This document shows positions 11,641 to 23,999 of a stretch of 64,000 nucleotides of DNA, in pieces; the stretch's first letter is position 1; every line of letters starts with the position of its first letter. Origin of the DNA: Octopus sinensis. Lineage: Eukaryota. The position numbers were made by a program, and so were the translations under genes. The stretch is from contig NC_043002.1 of NCBI RefSeq assembly GCF_006345805.1, forward strand, positions 68,510,001 to 68,574,000, in the 5' to 3' direction. A model generated the notes under the pieces. That model was not told where the DNA came from. It did no database searches and was given only the letters and a program-made list of their open reading frames with translations.

Positions 11641-14600
11641 ACCTTAAAACTTACACAAAATATTTGAAGATAAGCTGGATCTGTATATGAAACTGCAGTT
11701 GAAAGTACATGCAGTTGAAAAACATTCTTCTTAAATTCAGATATCAACTAAATTTAATGGGGAAACACAGAATCATGTTTTGCTTTATATTTATTACAAT
11801 AAACATACCTATTTCTCACATAAATTTCTTCAAACACATTTTTATTTACTTTAATATGTAAACGGACAATTAATATTATTTTAAAAGCTTTTTAATAATT
11901 TGATATCATTTCCATAACTAACCTTTTAAAACTATATTCCACAAATTAAAACACATTCAGAATTAATGCAATTTGTAATTTTATTTCTCCATTTGATGAT
12001 GATGACAATGTTTATATACTTATATCAATACAAAGAAACTATTTTAATTAGGGTTATAACTTACTTAAATTTCTAATTTCATCTTAATCACAAATATCCT
12101 GAGATATTAATTAGCATTAGTTTCCAAAATTTTCACCCATCATTTGAATATTTGCATGCTCTATTTTGCCTCCACCCACCACAACCTCTCAACATTTTTC
12201 CTTCCACATGAATGCGTTCAAAATTTATTTCATTCCCAGATCTACATTCTCGAATTTCTTTCACCTTTTATGGATGTAATACTTTACTTAGTTTGTTCAG
12301 GTTTAGTCATATATACATATGTTTTGTCTATTATCTCCTTAAAATGATATGTATATTAAGACTATAGTCGTGTTTGCGGAAGAAAAGCATGATCTCCAGC
12401 CGACAGCTGACGAAGGAAATGCCCTGCAGTGCAAACTGTATGAGGAATATATACACATGCACACACATACACATATATATACATGCACTTCTCTCTATCT
12501 CTCTCTCTATATATATATATATATACATAGATGCTTGTGTGTGTACATATATGTGTATATAAACTCCTTCCCCTGCAACACTCAAAGAGAAACCAAAACT
12601 ATTTTAAAGGAACTCTGATACAAAGAACAAAAAAGATGATTGTTGAAAAAAAAATCATGATTTGCAAAAATCTAATCGTTAAAGTGGAAAATAATTATCA
12701 GAAAAGTTATTCTTATTCATTCTCTCTCTCTCACACACACACAGGGAAAATAAAAAGTCAATAATGCACTAAAAGTTTTTTTTTTAATCTAATTTTGGAA
12801 TGTAGCACTATTAAATGCTTTAGCATAATTTCAAAATACAATACATAATAAAACAGTCATAAATCTGTGCTTATCAGTTTCATCTATAATTGAGTATTTT
12901 CAAAGTTTACCAAGTATTTTTTATCTAATCTCATTAAAAAAAATATATTTTTCAATAATTTCAAAACCAATATAAAACAATAAAACAAGAATAATCCCCA
13001 TAATACCCATGTCGTCCCTATAGTGGCCTTGCACTCCAAAGAAGATTAACCCAACACCACCAACAAATAAGGCAGTTGCACACAAAGGGAATTCCTGTCT
13101 CAATATACCAATTGACAAACCCTGCCAAATTTTTACTATTTTCCCTGTCTTTATCAATGGAGCAATTCAACAATGGAACAATAACGAATAAACATAGAAA
13201 TGCAATTAAGTAACTAGTATGAACCAAAATTAAATGCATTGTTTTAATTGACATAACTTTATTGTGTCCTTTAACACTAATGTGTTTACATTCAGAACTG
13301 CAACTTCATTGTTTGGCTTAACCTGAAGCAATAGAAGACACTTAACAAAGGCACTGCACACTGTAATTGAACCTAGAATCACATGATTGTAAAGTAAACT
13401 GCTTAACCACACAGCCACTCATGTGCAGGCATTTGTTGTTCATTATTTTTATCAGTAATGTATCAGTCCCTCACGTGTTGTTAATTTGCATTGTTGCTAT
13501 CAAGATTCAACCAAGTCTATTTATACCAGAGAAAAATCATTCTACCCTTTCTACCACTCACTTATCTCTTTACCAAACATAAAGAAAACACTCTCTCAAA
13601 TTAGGATCAGCTGCATCCTTTCTTGTTCTGAAACTATCTTATTTTTACCATTCGCCAATGAGAACCCAACTTCCTCTCCTACTTTCATTTGCATCTGTGC
13701 CAAATCTGTGCAACATATTTTCTTTTTCCACTTTGTAATTTTCCTAATCATTACTGTTATCTTGTTTGGCTCTAATGCCAGCCTCACAGGACACCATGGA
13801 TCTACTCAGAACACCATAACATTCTACTATCTCAAAGGTGGAAAGACATACAGAACAGCATAGTCTTAAATAGACAATAAGGCAAGGTGCATAGCTGCAA
13901 CACCTCTGATAATAGATCTGCTTGATCAAGTCTTATCTGGGACTAAACTAAAAGAGCAACAACTGACAGCAAGATTAATGTGCATGTCCCTGTGCCTCAA
14001 ATGCATTTTTAATGCATACCTGCTATATTACATATTACCTTCCTATAGTGAATTAAAAAAATAAAAACTCTTACACTCTCTCTCACATGCACACACAGAC
14101 ATATATGCACACAGATGAAAATAATTACAAGTGCATCTAGTTGAAACCAATTAAAAGTGAGTTAATTATTTTATTCGAAAATCAGTTGAAACAAAATGAT
14201 TTGTGTTCACCATCTTCACCCTTAATATTTAATTTGATAATCCTAACATACAGGTAAGAGATGAACTATGCATTAAAATTATACTTCATCTACTACTACT
14301 ACTACTACTACTACAAGCTTCTCCACGTTCACATGAGTTCAGTGGTTCCAGAAACTTGCAATGAATTAAATGGAGCAACGATACTTTATTCCCTCCTAAC
14401 ACTTAAAATTCAAATATGAAAAATATTTTGTCGACCAAGGCAGACAAGTCCACCAGAGATTTTGAGGCCCAGAGTTTGTAGAAACCCTGAGGGCTTTAAC
14501 ATGTGTAAGGAATGTACAGCACAAGATTGTTTTCATTGATATGCACCCAGTGATTATATCTTGGAAGTCATATCTCAACTGGAGAATGTGTTTGAAGTTT

Positions 14601-14943
14601 CTGCTTGTGGAAGTAGTACATCTCTGAAATAAGATACCTAGTTTACATGTAGAGGATGCCTATGTGAAGAGGGTTAAGGAGGAGTGGAGTAGAGTGGGAG
14701 GGGGGTCGTATCTGTGTTGGAGAGTGTATAAATAAAAGAAAAGTAAGTCATTAATGTAGAAAGAGAAAAGTGGCAGAGATATAACCAAACCTTGGGATAA
14801 CAAAATGTTGGTTTAATTGGGGTTGGAGATAGAGTCCTGATAAACATGCTTCTTTTTAGTTTTATTTTTCTTGAGCCCTGGGATGCATAGGGCCAGAACC
14901 GACAGGAAGCTCTTTAGTTATCTTAGCTAAGGTGTTATCTTAT

Positions 14944-15300
14944 CTCTTACTTGTTTCAGTCATTACACTGTGGCTATGCTGGGGCACAAACTTCAATAAT
15001 TTTAGTTGAACAAATCAACTCCAGTACTTTTTTTTTTGTTAAGCCTGGTACCTATTTTATCAGTCTCTTTTGTTGAACCGCTAAGATAACCACTAAGTTA
15101 TGGGGACATAAACACACCAACATCTGTTGTCAAGTGTTGGGGGACAAACACACACACACACAATGGACTTCTTTCAGTTTACACCTACCAAATCCACTCA
15201 CAAGGCTTTGGTCAGCACAAGGCTATAATAGAAGACACTTGCCCAAGGTGTCATGCTGTAAGACTGAACTGTGTGGTTGGGAAACAAACTTCTTGAAGAA
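14944..15300 (-). mobile_element. SINE group A
   Basis: Reverse match to the group A consensus seen at 23125 and 45569. Confidence 0.8.
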
Positions 15301-15589
15301 AGGCAAGCATTGAGGGCTTTGCTAAAGCTCTAAAAAGCAATGGACCACTCATGTGTGTTCTGGAGAGTAAGTCTCCAAAAGATTTGATTCTACAGAAGAT
15401 GTACAGAAGAGAGAGATGAGAGAAATGAAAAAGAGAGAGAAAGAGAGCACGAGCAAAAAAACTAAATGAATGACAGCAGTCAAACAATAAGTAATGAAAT
15501 AAAAATTGAGGATGCCGTGTGCTAGATTCTTTTGTTTATATCATTTGTTGTGTGTGTGTGTGTGTGTGTGTTATTAAAATAGTACTTAC

Positions 15590-15650
15590 CATAATTGAAG
15601 TTTCACTCTTTTCCCATCAAGTAAAATTGTAGTTGTCTTTGAATGGACAC
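15590..15650 (-). CDS. Rab40: Rab40 coding exon 2 ((G)VHSKTTTILLDGKRVKLQLW)
   Basis: 61 nt between a tttcatatag acceptor and a TG|GTAAGT donor. Phase 1 start matches exon 1. KTTTILLDGKRVKLQLW is the Rab40 inter-switch sequence. Confidence 0.95.
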
Positions 15651-17946
15651 CTATATGAAACAACAATAAAGAAAGAGTTTAACAAAGTATAACAATAAAG
15701 GCCATTTAAGTTTGTTCCATTTTATTTTTTTAGGTTTGTTCCATTTTTTTCTACATATTGTAAGTAGACATTTTTGCATATTACATCTTTGATTAAAGAA
15801 AGTAATATGATGAAAAAGATAGAGGGAAAAAAATGCATTATATTAAGAAGAATTGATTTAACACATATCTCATACATACACACAAAGATATATACCAATG
15901 CTGACATAAATGGAATGAATGCCTGACCTCAATGGTTAGAAATCATTCAAAGCAGCCATGTAGAAAGATTTACCAGCAACTATCCTATCTCTTCAGTTAT
16001 TGATATTTTTTTTTATATTTGTGTTTTTATACATCATGAGTGGAATCTTTGTTTTTTCTATTATTTGTTTGAGCAATTGCATTTTATTCTGCATTCGAGG
16101 GAACCTCTATGCAATCAATCTGCTTGTTAAAAATAGCAGCTAAATCTTGCTTGTCAAACTCTTCTCTCTTAAAACAAAGGCATAGTGTACACTACCTGAA
16201 AAAGACTGAATGATCATGGTTGGAATACCACTGATCATCAGCTTGCTTGATCAGTTTGATCTACTTTCTGTATGCGGCAGACAGAGGCCATTACTTATCT
16301 TTATCCCTAAAGAGTAACTATAAAAAAAAATGAAACAACTATGTTATCCACTACTACTGGAAAAAATATTAAAAGGACAGAACTGATGAAAGACTGATGT
16401 AACGACACTATATTAATGACAGTAAAGAAATACATTTAATTTTGAATCAAGAACTAGATATATGAAGTTCTTCATTGTCCTTATTGACTATAATCAAATA
16501 CTATACATTAGGCTTTGCTATCATCCTACCTAAGCAATGAAGAAACACATACAAATATTGAAAACAAGTTGTCAAAACCACAATGATATCTGTTAGGCAG
16601 CTGATGATGGAAGCATATGTTTGATGTGCTTGTTGCTTGTGTTTTCACTGTTGCAAGCTGTCCTTCATTCTTGTTGGGTTGAACTTGTCAAAGAATTCTT
16701 GGTTTCTATGGTGGTTTTGTTGCTTATACTATACCATACATTGATATTGTGTGATTGTTCTTCATTGAGATTCTAATTATGGCTAGAGTATAACTTAAGG
16801 GTTTCTAGTTTAGGAAGGTTTGTTGCATATAAACTGGTAGTTCATAAAGACCTTGCTGCTATACTTTCAAAGTCTGGAAAGGAAGAACAGTACACATAGC
16901 ATCTTCTATAGCCCCTTCTAAAAAACTTAATTGAGTCCACCTATCAACTCAAGCCATTTCAGAAGTGAAAACAAAATGTAAAACTGTTGGCTCTTAAAAT
17001 CCTATACTGCAAGAAACAAAAGTCTAGCCTTATCTTAGAAGGACTGAAGCATTATGTGTGTTCATTTTCGCATTATTTTTCCCCTGAATTTCTTCAGATT
17101 TTTTTCTTCCATTGATTTTCAAGCATTATGGCTGTTAATACTTCAAGTGGTGACTTAGAATTTAGTGATTATATATTATTTATTTATTAATGATTTAATT
17201 AGAGAAAGAATGTTTGAACTTGGATTAAAAAGAGTGATATTTCAGTGACATCTATTAACACCAGCTATTAAAGTGATATTGGGACTTATCGATTGAGAAG
17301 GAGTGGAGTTATTATGTAGCTGATAAAGCATCAATGCTTTCATTAGCGAGCTGTAAGAATAAACAACCCCACTACCAAAAAAAAATACTGATATATCTTA
17401 AATGTAGTGTCTCTGCATACTGGGATTATCAGAAGATCATAATTTGTTATGTCTTACAAAATTTTTGAAGGCATATATTAGAATACTTTTTCGAATGAGA
17501 GTAGTGCAACTTCCAAGTTACAGAGACCAATTCCAAGCTATAGGACAAATTCAGCTCAGAGACAAGAAACTGATGCACAGGAATCAATATCTTGTAAGTA
17601 TATATGAAAATACAAAAAAATAAGCTTAACTGTATTCAACCTACTTTGGAAAGTGAAAGTGACATAACAACAGGTAAAAGCCAAATTCACAATGTACGCC
17701 AAAAGTTATTGTATTGTACCCACAAATTTCATCCAAACTCAAGCAATAGTTATATTCTTATGATTTTTATACAACTTACTGATTTCATCAAAATCTCTAG
17801 TATCTGCCAGGAATGGGAGACATATATATGTAGAGAGAGAAAGCACTACAGAACTGTAAGAGTTAAGGTAAATCAAATCAAAACAAAAGATTGTAAATGA
17901 CAGTAGTTAAGGGAGGAATTATACAAATGAAAAAATTTATTTTATT

Positions 17947-18168
17947 TTAACCCTTTAGCTGTATCCAGCCTAAACATTCTACTTGTTTTGTTTTAAAACT
18001 AGCCAGATATGGCTTCTCACACCTACACTACAATGTCATTCTAAAAATATACAATCATATCACGTATCACTGAAATCTCAAAGCTACAAGATAATACATG
18101 ATTATTTAAAACAATGTGAATAAATAAGCATTACATTTGACAGAGTAATGTGAATTTTAAAAGATTAA
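17947..18168 (-). mobile_element. TTAA-type (piggyBac-like) MITE family D
   Basis: TTAACCCTTTAGC left end, decayed right end, body shared with 56273-56499. Confidence 0.75.
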
Positions 18169-18519
18169 AGTAATAAGTATTTTTCTTTTGAAAACTAATT
18201 TTAATTTCATCATTTTGTATGAGCATCAAGAAGTTTAATAAATTATAATTATTGTATGTATGTCATATTCCTGACATTACCCATGGTGTCAAAAGAAAAC
18301 TACCAAAGTTCTCCATCCTAGAACTTGTATGAAATATATTGTGAAATTTCTTACATCCTGGATGAAACAAAAAAATTTGAAAATTATTTTGAATCCTACT
18401 TGTGTAGGCTGACAAAAGTGCACCTGCTGTAAAACTAACACTGTAGAAATAACATATATATATGTTCAGAGTAAGTTACCCTCCACTCATATATATATAT
18501 ATATATAACTGATAAATTC

Positions 18520-19010
18520 GATGCTATTTAATGAAAACTGGAAAATTATCTTATTTCTTCTGGAAGCCAGTGACACAGAAGAGGTGACATTACATAGAAT
18601 GCCCAAATGGTGGAGTCTGTAAAACTAACCTACATCTCAAAACACTGGAAATCACAAAGAAGATATAAACAATGCTTGACAACTTTAAAATTAGTGTTAG
18701 GTGGTTATGTGAGTATTATATGGAGAAACATAAGCTGCCAGTTGCTAAGCTTGCTCGGCACAAAACTGCTGGCAAATTCAAAATTTGCTAGCAGTTTTGT
18801 GCAGAGTTACAGGAATTTTATCATTTTATCATTGAATGATGGGAGGCCATGGAGTACAACCTGTCAAATATTGAATATGCAGATCAAACCCTACCAACTT
18901 TTGACAATTCCTTCACACAAACATTTGAATTCAAGGGTCAAAAGACAGTCCAAGACCACAAGCAATGAAAGGAGCTGTTTTACAGTAATATAACTCACAT
19001 GGGCAATTAT
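18520..19010 (+). mobile_element. pogo-family DDE transposase relic (stops and frameshifts)
   Basis: Frame not in the ORF track: FKISVRWLCEYYMEKHKL...YNLSNIEYADQTLPTFD...TFEFKGQKTV, then frameshift to TTSNERSCFTV. Matches the pogo pattern FKAS.GW, NI.N.DET, KG.KTV, TTG.EK..FTV. Confidence 0.75.
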
Positions 19011-19920
19011 TTATTTCGACATGGACATTTTTTTTAAAAAACATCTAACTTATTTATTATATATTTTTCTTTAACCCCCCCCCCCCAAAAAAAAAAAACA
19101 AACAAGAAACAATCTTTAGACTTTTATGTTTTGAACATCAGACATTCAGGATCTGAGGAAAATTTTCTCTTAAAAAATTTTTTATTTTATTTATTTATTT
19201 TTTAAATCAGAATCTTTATAAAGTGAAAGAGCATTTAAAATTTTCAGAATATAAAAAATAAAAATTTTTGAAAAGCATTTTATATTTTCAGAAAGTAAAG
19301 AAATATGCAATTTCGAGGAACATAAATTGTGTTGACACAGTATATAGTATCTATTTATAATATAAATTCCTGTGCAGATAAAAAAAAAAAAAAAATGTGT
19401 TTCATTGCTACCAATATCGGTTTTATTTTCTTGGTACTTTATGTCAACCACTGTGAGCAAAATTTTACTGCATTGAGTTGAACATAGATCAATACGATCT
19501 CTGATGTGAGCAGCCATGCTTGGTGACAATTGTAAACATCATGTGCACAAGCAACATAAAATTTATATCTTTATTGCATATTTATGAATCATAATGACCA
19601 TTATCACTACCATAGATAAACCTAACATAATTAAAATGACAAATTCCTTGTTACACATTAGCTACCATGGACAGTGGTTATATCATACTTCCAGTCATGC
19701 AATCACAAATTTGACTAAGGACTGGGGCCAGGAAAAATTAATAATATTTAGTTCTCTTTTATATTATAGACTCCTAATTTGTAGGTTTGAAAATTGAGGA
19801 AATAGACTAATAAATACTGCAGATAAAACAGAGTACCCAAAATGAGAGGATCAGGTACACTGAAACTAAGCCAGTGATTTTCAACTGGGGTTTATATAAG
19901 ATTTTGTCATTAAAATTTCA

Positions 19921-20466
19921 TTATCATCATCATCATTGTTTAACGTCCGCTTTCCATGCTAGCATGGGTTGGACAATTTGACTGAGGACTGGCGAACCAG
20001 ATGGCTGCACCAGGCTCAAATCTGATCTGACAGAGTTTCTACAGCTGGATACCCTTCCTAACGCCAACCACTCCGAGAGTGTAGTGGGTGCTTTTACGTG
20101 CCACCGGCACAAAGGCCAGTGAGGCGGTACTGGCAATGGCCACGCTCAAATGGTGTTTTTTTACATACCACCTGCACAGGAGCCAGTCCAGTGGCACTGG
20201 CAACAACCTTGCTTGAATGTTTTTTCAAGTACCAGTAAGGCAACACTGGTAACGATCATGCTCGAATGGTGCTTTTTACGTGCCACTTAGCTGCTCTGGC
20301 AACGATCACACACGGATGCCAGTCATCAAATTTGATTTCGATTTCACTTTCCTCAAGCAGAGTTTAGTGTCCCACGAAGGAAAGGTATGCATAAGTGGGC
20401 TGGTTACACCCCTGGCATAGGCCATGAGGTTATGGTCTCACTTGGCTTGCCAGGTCTTCTCAAGCA
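19921..20466 (-). mobile_element. 5'-truncated RTE LINE: ORF2 stop plus complete 3' UTR (group C)
   Basis: Minus strand begins LEKTWQAK* (stop 20440-20438), then gtggcacgtaaaaagcacc units, the aggaagggtatccagc core and a (GAT)n tail. Confidence 0.8.
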
Positions 20467-20836
20467 AAATTTATCTGCAATAAATTGGTTATACTTCTAC
20501 AAAACACAAAATATTTTATCAATTCTAAAAACTGCTTAGGAAATACTGATGTTTGTTTAAGTCTTGAAGTTTGGTTGTTTGACATGCAGGACCAGTGGAA
20601 TAACATTCATTACTTGAAAACAAATAAGGGTTAGTGTTAAGAAAGGCAACTTCCAGCACAATTCCTGCTCAAACTCCATAAAGTTTTGACTGTCCTGATC
20701 CAGCATGGGAAGCACAGATGAAAAATGATGATCATGTTTTTATAAGCAGAGCTAGTATAGAAAGATGTCATGATTATGTTGAAAGCAATAAGAAATTCAT
20801 ATAAGAAAGTAATAAACAATCTATTACTAACATCCA

Positions 20837-21061
20837 TTAACCCTTCAGTGTTTAGATTACTCTGTCACATAATGCTTATGTCTTCACATTGTTTTGAATT
20901 AATCGTTCATTATCTCACAGCTTCGAAATTTTGATGATGTAATTGTTTATCTTTAAAAATGTCATTGTAAAGTAAATGTGAGAGTCTGGATCTGAACTGT
21001 TTGAACATACAACGTAAAATATTCGAGCTGGATATGGCCAGTTTAAACACTAAAAGTTTAA
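20837..21061 (+). mobile_element. MITE family D
   Basis: TTAACCCTT ... AAAAGTTTAA ends with the shared body. Confidence 0.75.
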
Positions 21062-21629
21062 AATCTTCTCTTTAAGTAGAATTAAATAATCATGAATCAC
21101 CTGCACGATTGGGCCTATAAAGGCCAGTTGCTGCAACAACAAACCAAACAATTGCACACTAGTAGTTCACAAGTAACAGAAGCCAGCACATTTTGTAAGA
21201 ACAATAAGTTGTGACTACATTAAGTATAATGACAATCCTTACTGCATAACTGGAACTAATATCTGCAACCAACTGTACACGTTGTACAGTTGGACATGAT
21301 AGCCAAAATGTTGTATGTATGAAGTAAGTGCAGTATACTCTCCACTATATTATTGCGCAGTGTCACTATCCTAACATACCATTAAAATCAACCAACTGTA
21401 TCTAATAAATCATCTGTCTATTCATATATCTGACACCTTACTTTAACACAGAAGGTTCTGTTTAACTCTTTTGATACCAAACTGCCTTTGATATCAAACG
21501 ATTGGTTCTAGGATACAAACTTTCTGCTTAAAATGATCTATATTAAAATCTTTCATCAAAATTTTGTGCTAATTTATGTTCCAAACACCATGACAAAACT
21601 ATTTCACTAATTTCTTCTCCCTTTTCCAA

Positions 21630-21805
21630 ATTATTGGGAGTGGGGGCCAGTTGATTAGATCAACCCAAGTATGCAACTGGTACTTAAATTTATCGACTCT
21701 GAAAGGATGAAAGGCAAAGTTGACCTCAGAATGCAAAGACAGACAAAATACTGTTAAACATTTCGCCTGGTGTGCTAATGTTTCTACCAGCTCGCCACCT
21801 TACAA
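21630..21805 (-). mobile_element. SINE group B
   Basis: Reverse match to the group B body. Confidence 0.8.
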
Positions 21806-22042
21806 AGGCAGTGTATTTCAACAAAATATCCTAACAAAAGAGTTGAATGACACCTTTCTTTAAGAATCTTTAGAAGACTAAATTAAACACACACATATGC
21901 ACTTCCTTCAAACTTGCTTTCTTTGGTCATACACCAACAAATAATGGAATAATTACATGAATATAGAGTAAAATATATATTCAGAGTAAGCTACCCTCCA
22001 CCCACCCACACACACACACATACATACATACATATATATATA

Positions 22043-22249
22043 TGAGATGCAGCATGGAATTTTGTCAGTGAACAGGTCGCGGTCTCAAATCGACAAAAAT
22101 ATTTTGGTAAATCAAATTTAAATGTTGAAGTGAATCTAAAGGCTTTTTATATGTTTCTTAAATGACTTATAAACATCTTCCACGCTGCAATTATTTTCGT
22201 TCCAGCACATGATCTAAGGTCAGGTTACTTGCTATGCAAGTACATCTCC

Positions 22250-22250
<1 letters not shown>
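22043..22250. mobile_element. Short TA-flanked element, possible Tc1/mariner-type MITE
   Basis: Imperfect inverted ends (TA)TGAGATGC / TACATCTCCA(TA), with (TA)n tracts on both sides. Confidence 0.4.
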
Positions 22251-22313
<63 letters not shown>

Positions 22314-22469
22314 CATATATAAATGTGTGGTAGTGACATCTCTATAGTAAAATACCTTTGCTTGTCCAAGGCATAAAATCACATCTTCACCCTGTCACCC
22401 CCCCCCTACTAGTTGGGAGGGCTTTCCCTCCTCCTCCACATTTCCCTTTTCTTGTTCCTTCCTGTTTTG

Positions 22470-22650
22470 CAAGTTACTTGGCAACCACACTAGTGCTGGT
22501 GATGTGAAAAAAAAAGCACCCAGTACACTCTGTAAAGTAGCTGGCATAAGGAAGGGCATCCAGCCATAGAAACCATGCCAAAGTGGCTATGGAGTACAAT
22601 GCAGCCTTATAGCTCACCAGCATGAAAAATGGATGTTAAATGACCATGAT
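22470..22650 (+). mobile_element. RTE 3'-UTR repeat (group C)
   Basis: gcaagttacttgg, aaggaagggcatccagcc and a catgaaaaatggatgttaaatga tail. Confidence 0.7.
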
Positions 22651-23124
22651 TTAATAACAATTTTGTTTTCATATTAATTTTAAATACCATTTTTGCATTT
22701 TTGTTGTGAATATCTTTTGATAGATATATTCTTATATATATTTTTTGCAAAAATGTCATTATCAAAACATGAAATAAATACGGGCACAGACACGCATGCA
22801 CACACACACACTCTGCAGCATGTATTCAGAATCACTTGGGAGCATTTGAAATCACTTGCTAGCAAGCTTTTATTAATTGTTTTAGGTTCCTATGTAGTAA
22901 CAAGCAACATCACCCATCTGGCACTCCTACTCTAGACTCAGCAGAATATCCAGGATGTGACAGCTGGAGGGAGGAAGGGCTGCACTAGTACTCAGCTGGT
23001 ACTCATTACAACTGAGAAGACTAGCGTAACATGAAATGGAGTGTCTTGTTCAACACACTGCCTGATCCAGGAATTAACCCCACAACGTAGTAATTGTGTG
23101 TGTATGTGTGTGTGTGTGTATTTT

Positions 23125-23510
23125 AGGCACAGGAGTGGCTGTGTGGTAAGAAGCTTGCTTCCCAACCACATGGTTCTGAGTTCAGTCCCACTGCATGGCA
23201 CCTTGGGCAAGTGTCTTTTGCTATAGCCTTGTGAGTGGATTTGGTAGACAGAAACTGAAAGAAGCCTGTTGTGTATGTATATATGTATATATATATTCGT
23301 GTGTGTCTGTGTTTGTCCCCACTCCATTGCTTGACAACCAATGTTGGTGTGCTTACATCCCTGTAACTTAGCAGTTCAGCAAAGGAGACTGACAGAATAA
23401 GTACTAGGCTTACAAAGAATAAGTCCAGGGGTTGATTTGTTTGACTAAAGGCGGTGCTTTAGCATGGCTGCAGTCAAGTGACTGACACAAATAAAAGAAA
23501 GAAAAGAATA
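23125..23510 (+). mobile_element. SINE group A, full length
   Basis: tRNA-like head with A/B-box-like motifs, CORE-like ggcaccttgggcaagtg and the characteristic tail. Confidence 0.9.
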
Positions 23511-23706
23511 AGAATATAAAGCATTGATGATGGTGCCACATAAGAAGCAGTGGTGCTAGTACCACGTAAAAAAAGTGCTGATGCTGGTACCACATAAAAA
23601 GCACTTAGTACTCCCTGTAACATGATTGGCATTGTGAAGGACATCCAGCTGTAGAAACCAAGCCAAAACAGATTATATATATATGCATGTATATTATTAT
23701 TATTAT

Positions 23707-23999
23707 TGTGGAGGCGCAATGGCCCAGTGGTTAGGACAGCGGACTCGCGGTTTCGATTCCCAAGACAGGCGTTGCGAGTGTTTATTGAGCGAAAACACCA
23801 AAAGCTCCACAAGTAGAGGCTCTGGCAGGGGGTGGTGGCGATCCCTGCTGTACTCTTTCGCCACAACTTTCTCTCACTCTTTCTTCTGTTGGCCTACTCG
23901 CTTAGCCAGCGGGGTGGCGTCATTTGAAGGCTAAAACAATGCGAAGCACATTGTGACCAGCGATGTGTAGCAACATCTGATAGCCTGGTCGCTCACGGT
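23707..23999 (+). mobile_element. tRNA-derived SINE group F, RTE-tail variant, CpG-rich
   Basis: Head ggaggcgcaatggcccagtggttagg...ggtttcgattccc; tail gcacattgtgaccagcgatg. Confidence 0.8.

Noticed and set aside
12400-12445. Hammerhead-like CTGACGA-AGG...CCT
   Set aside because: No GAAA follows stem II and there is no stem I pairing; at most a decayed remnant.
12921-13254. Hydrophobic minus-strand ORFs, possible numt or membrane-protein exon
   Set aside because: No recognisable mitochondrial motif and no convincing splice sites.
18607-18993. 128-aa plus-strand ORF as a host gene
   Set aside because: It is mostly the off-frame reading of the degenerate pogo transposase.
23125-23200. tRNA gene (and similar heads of SINE groups A, B and F)
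   Set aside because: A/B-box-like motifs are present, but I found no complete cloverleaf, and each head runs into a SINE body.
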